A DNA stretch of 51,194 nucleotides from a virus. Lineage: Duplodnaviria; Heunggongvirae; Uroviricota; Caudoviricetes. The stretch lies in the IMG/VR virus record IMGVR_UViG_3300034122_001045; one strand, written 5' to 3'. The position numbers and the translations under genes are program-made. This document shows, piece after piece, positions 50,695 through 51,194 of this stretch. How positions within the stretch are numbered: the stretch's first letter is position 1; each line of letters opens with the position of its first letter. The notes under the pieces were generated by a model that saw nothing but the letters and a program-made list of their open reading frames with translations, was not told the origin of the DNA and did no database searches.

Positions 50695-51194
50695 AAGAAT
50701 GGTTTAAAAGTAAAACGGTTGCCGTGATAGGCAACTCGATGGCACTCTTTGGTAAGAGTTACGGCGAAGAGATTGATGCACACGATGTTGTTGTGCGCAT
50801 CAATAAAGCAGCGATGTTATACACGCGTCAAGAGGTAAGTAAGAGCCACGGAACGAAAACCAACGTCTGGGTCTTTTGGAATGCTGCTGAGTATAAGTCT
50901 TTCTTTAATAAGATACCTAAACATATTAAAAAGATGCATGCTGGCCATCAGGGAAGAACACCAAGTAACATACATGCAGTCGACTTTGTTTATCCGGAAA
51001 ATCTGTATAAAGAGTTAAAGAAGCATTCTGGTAAATACAGTAACCCAACAACGGGTCTAATTTTTCTAGACTACTTATCAACTTGTAACCCAAAGCACGT
51101 AGATGTGTATGGTTTTGATTGGAAAGAGACTGCAACGTTTACAGATCCTGAAATGAAGAGAGAAAAGACGTGCCCTCACGACTATCCAACAGAG
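50691..51194 (+). CDS. GT29-like protein (paralog 3), runs off the window end
   Basis: MKEWFKSKTVAVIGNS..YGEEIDAHDVVVRINK; PTTG; VYGFD; missing from the ORF track because it has no stop. Confidence 0.75.
   Translation, partial: MKEWFKSKTVAVIGNSMALFGKSYGEEIDAHDVVVRINKAAMLYTRQEVSKSHGTKTNVWVFWNAAEYKSFFNKIPKHIKKMHAGHQGRTPSNIHAVDFVYPENLYKELKKHSGKYSNPTTGLIFLDYLSTCNPKHVDVYGFDWKETATFTDPEMKREKTCPHDYPTE

Overview
51 kb segment of a T4-like myophage genome. It carries the T4 core genes gp39/gp52 topoisomerase, gp33, gp59, gp32, uvsX and gp41, plus TATAAATA late promoters. The host is probably an alphaproteobacterium: the tmRNA is two-piece and permuted, tRNA-His lacks G-1 and has U72/A73, and the window holds a DUF1127-like peptide and a hemO/pcyX-type pair. 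Layout: (1) 1-17.8 kb, an array of 34 tRNA genes, including an amber (CUA) suppressor and three short-variable-arm tRNA-Leu. It is interleaved with topoisomerase genes, small early genes under a repeated TTGACA-N8-GAATCAG-N2-TAnnnT promoter, a GIY-YIG homing endonuclease beside a half tRNA, and about a dozen non-tRNA structured RNAs that include two paralogous families. (2) 17.8-23.7 kb, accessory metabolism (radical SAM, SDR, cupin, kdsA) and a permuted tmRNA with an HNH endonuclease inside its excised intervening segment. (3) 23.7-33.1 kb, a CsgF/CsgG/curlin/FecR/CHASE2-adenylate cyclase block followed by heme oxygenase and a bilin reductase. (4) 33.2-38.3 kb, the replication core. (5) 38.4-41 kb, a late operon of nuclease-like, HAD phosphatase and ligase-like genes, each starting with a T4 capsid-targeting-like sequence. 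(6) 43.7-51.2 kb, a sugar-nucleotide and glycosyltransferase cluster (gmd, colD-like, three GT29-like paralogs). All calls come from reading motifs by eye; no database search or folding program was run.
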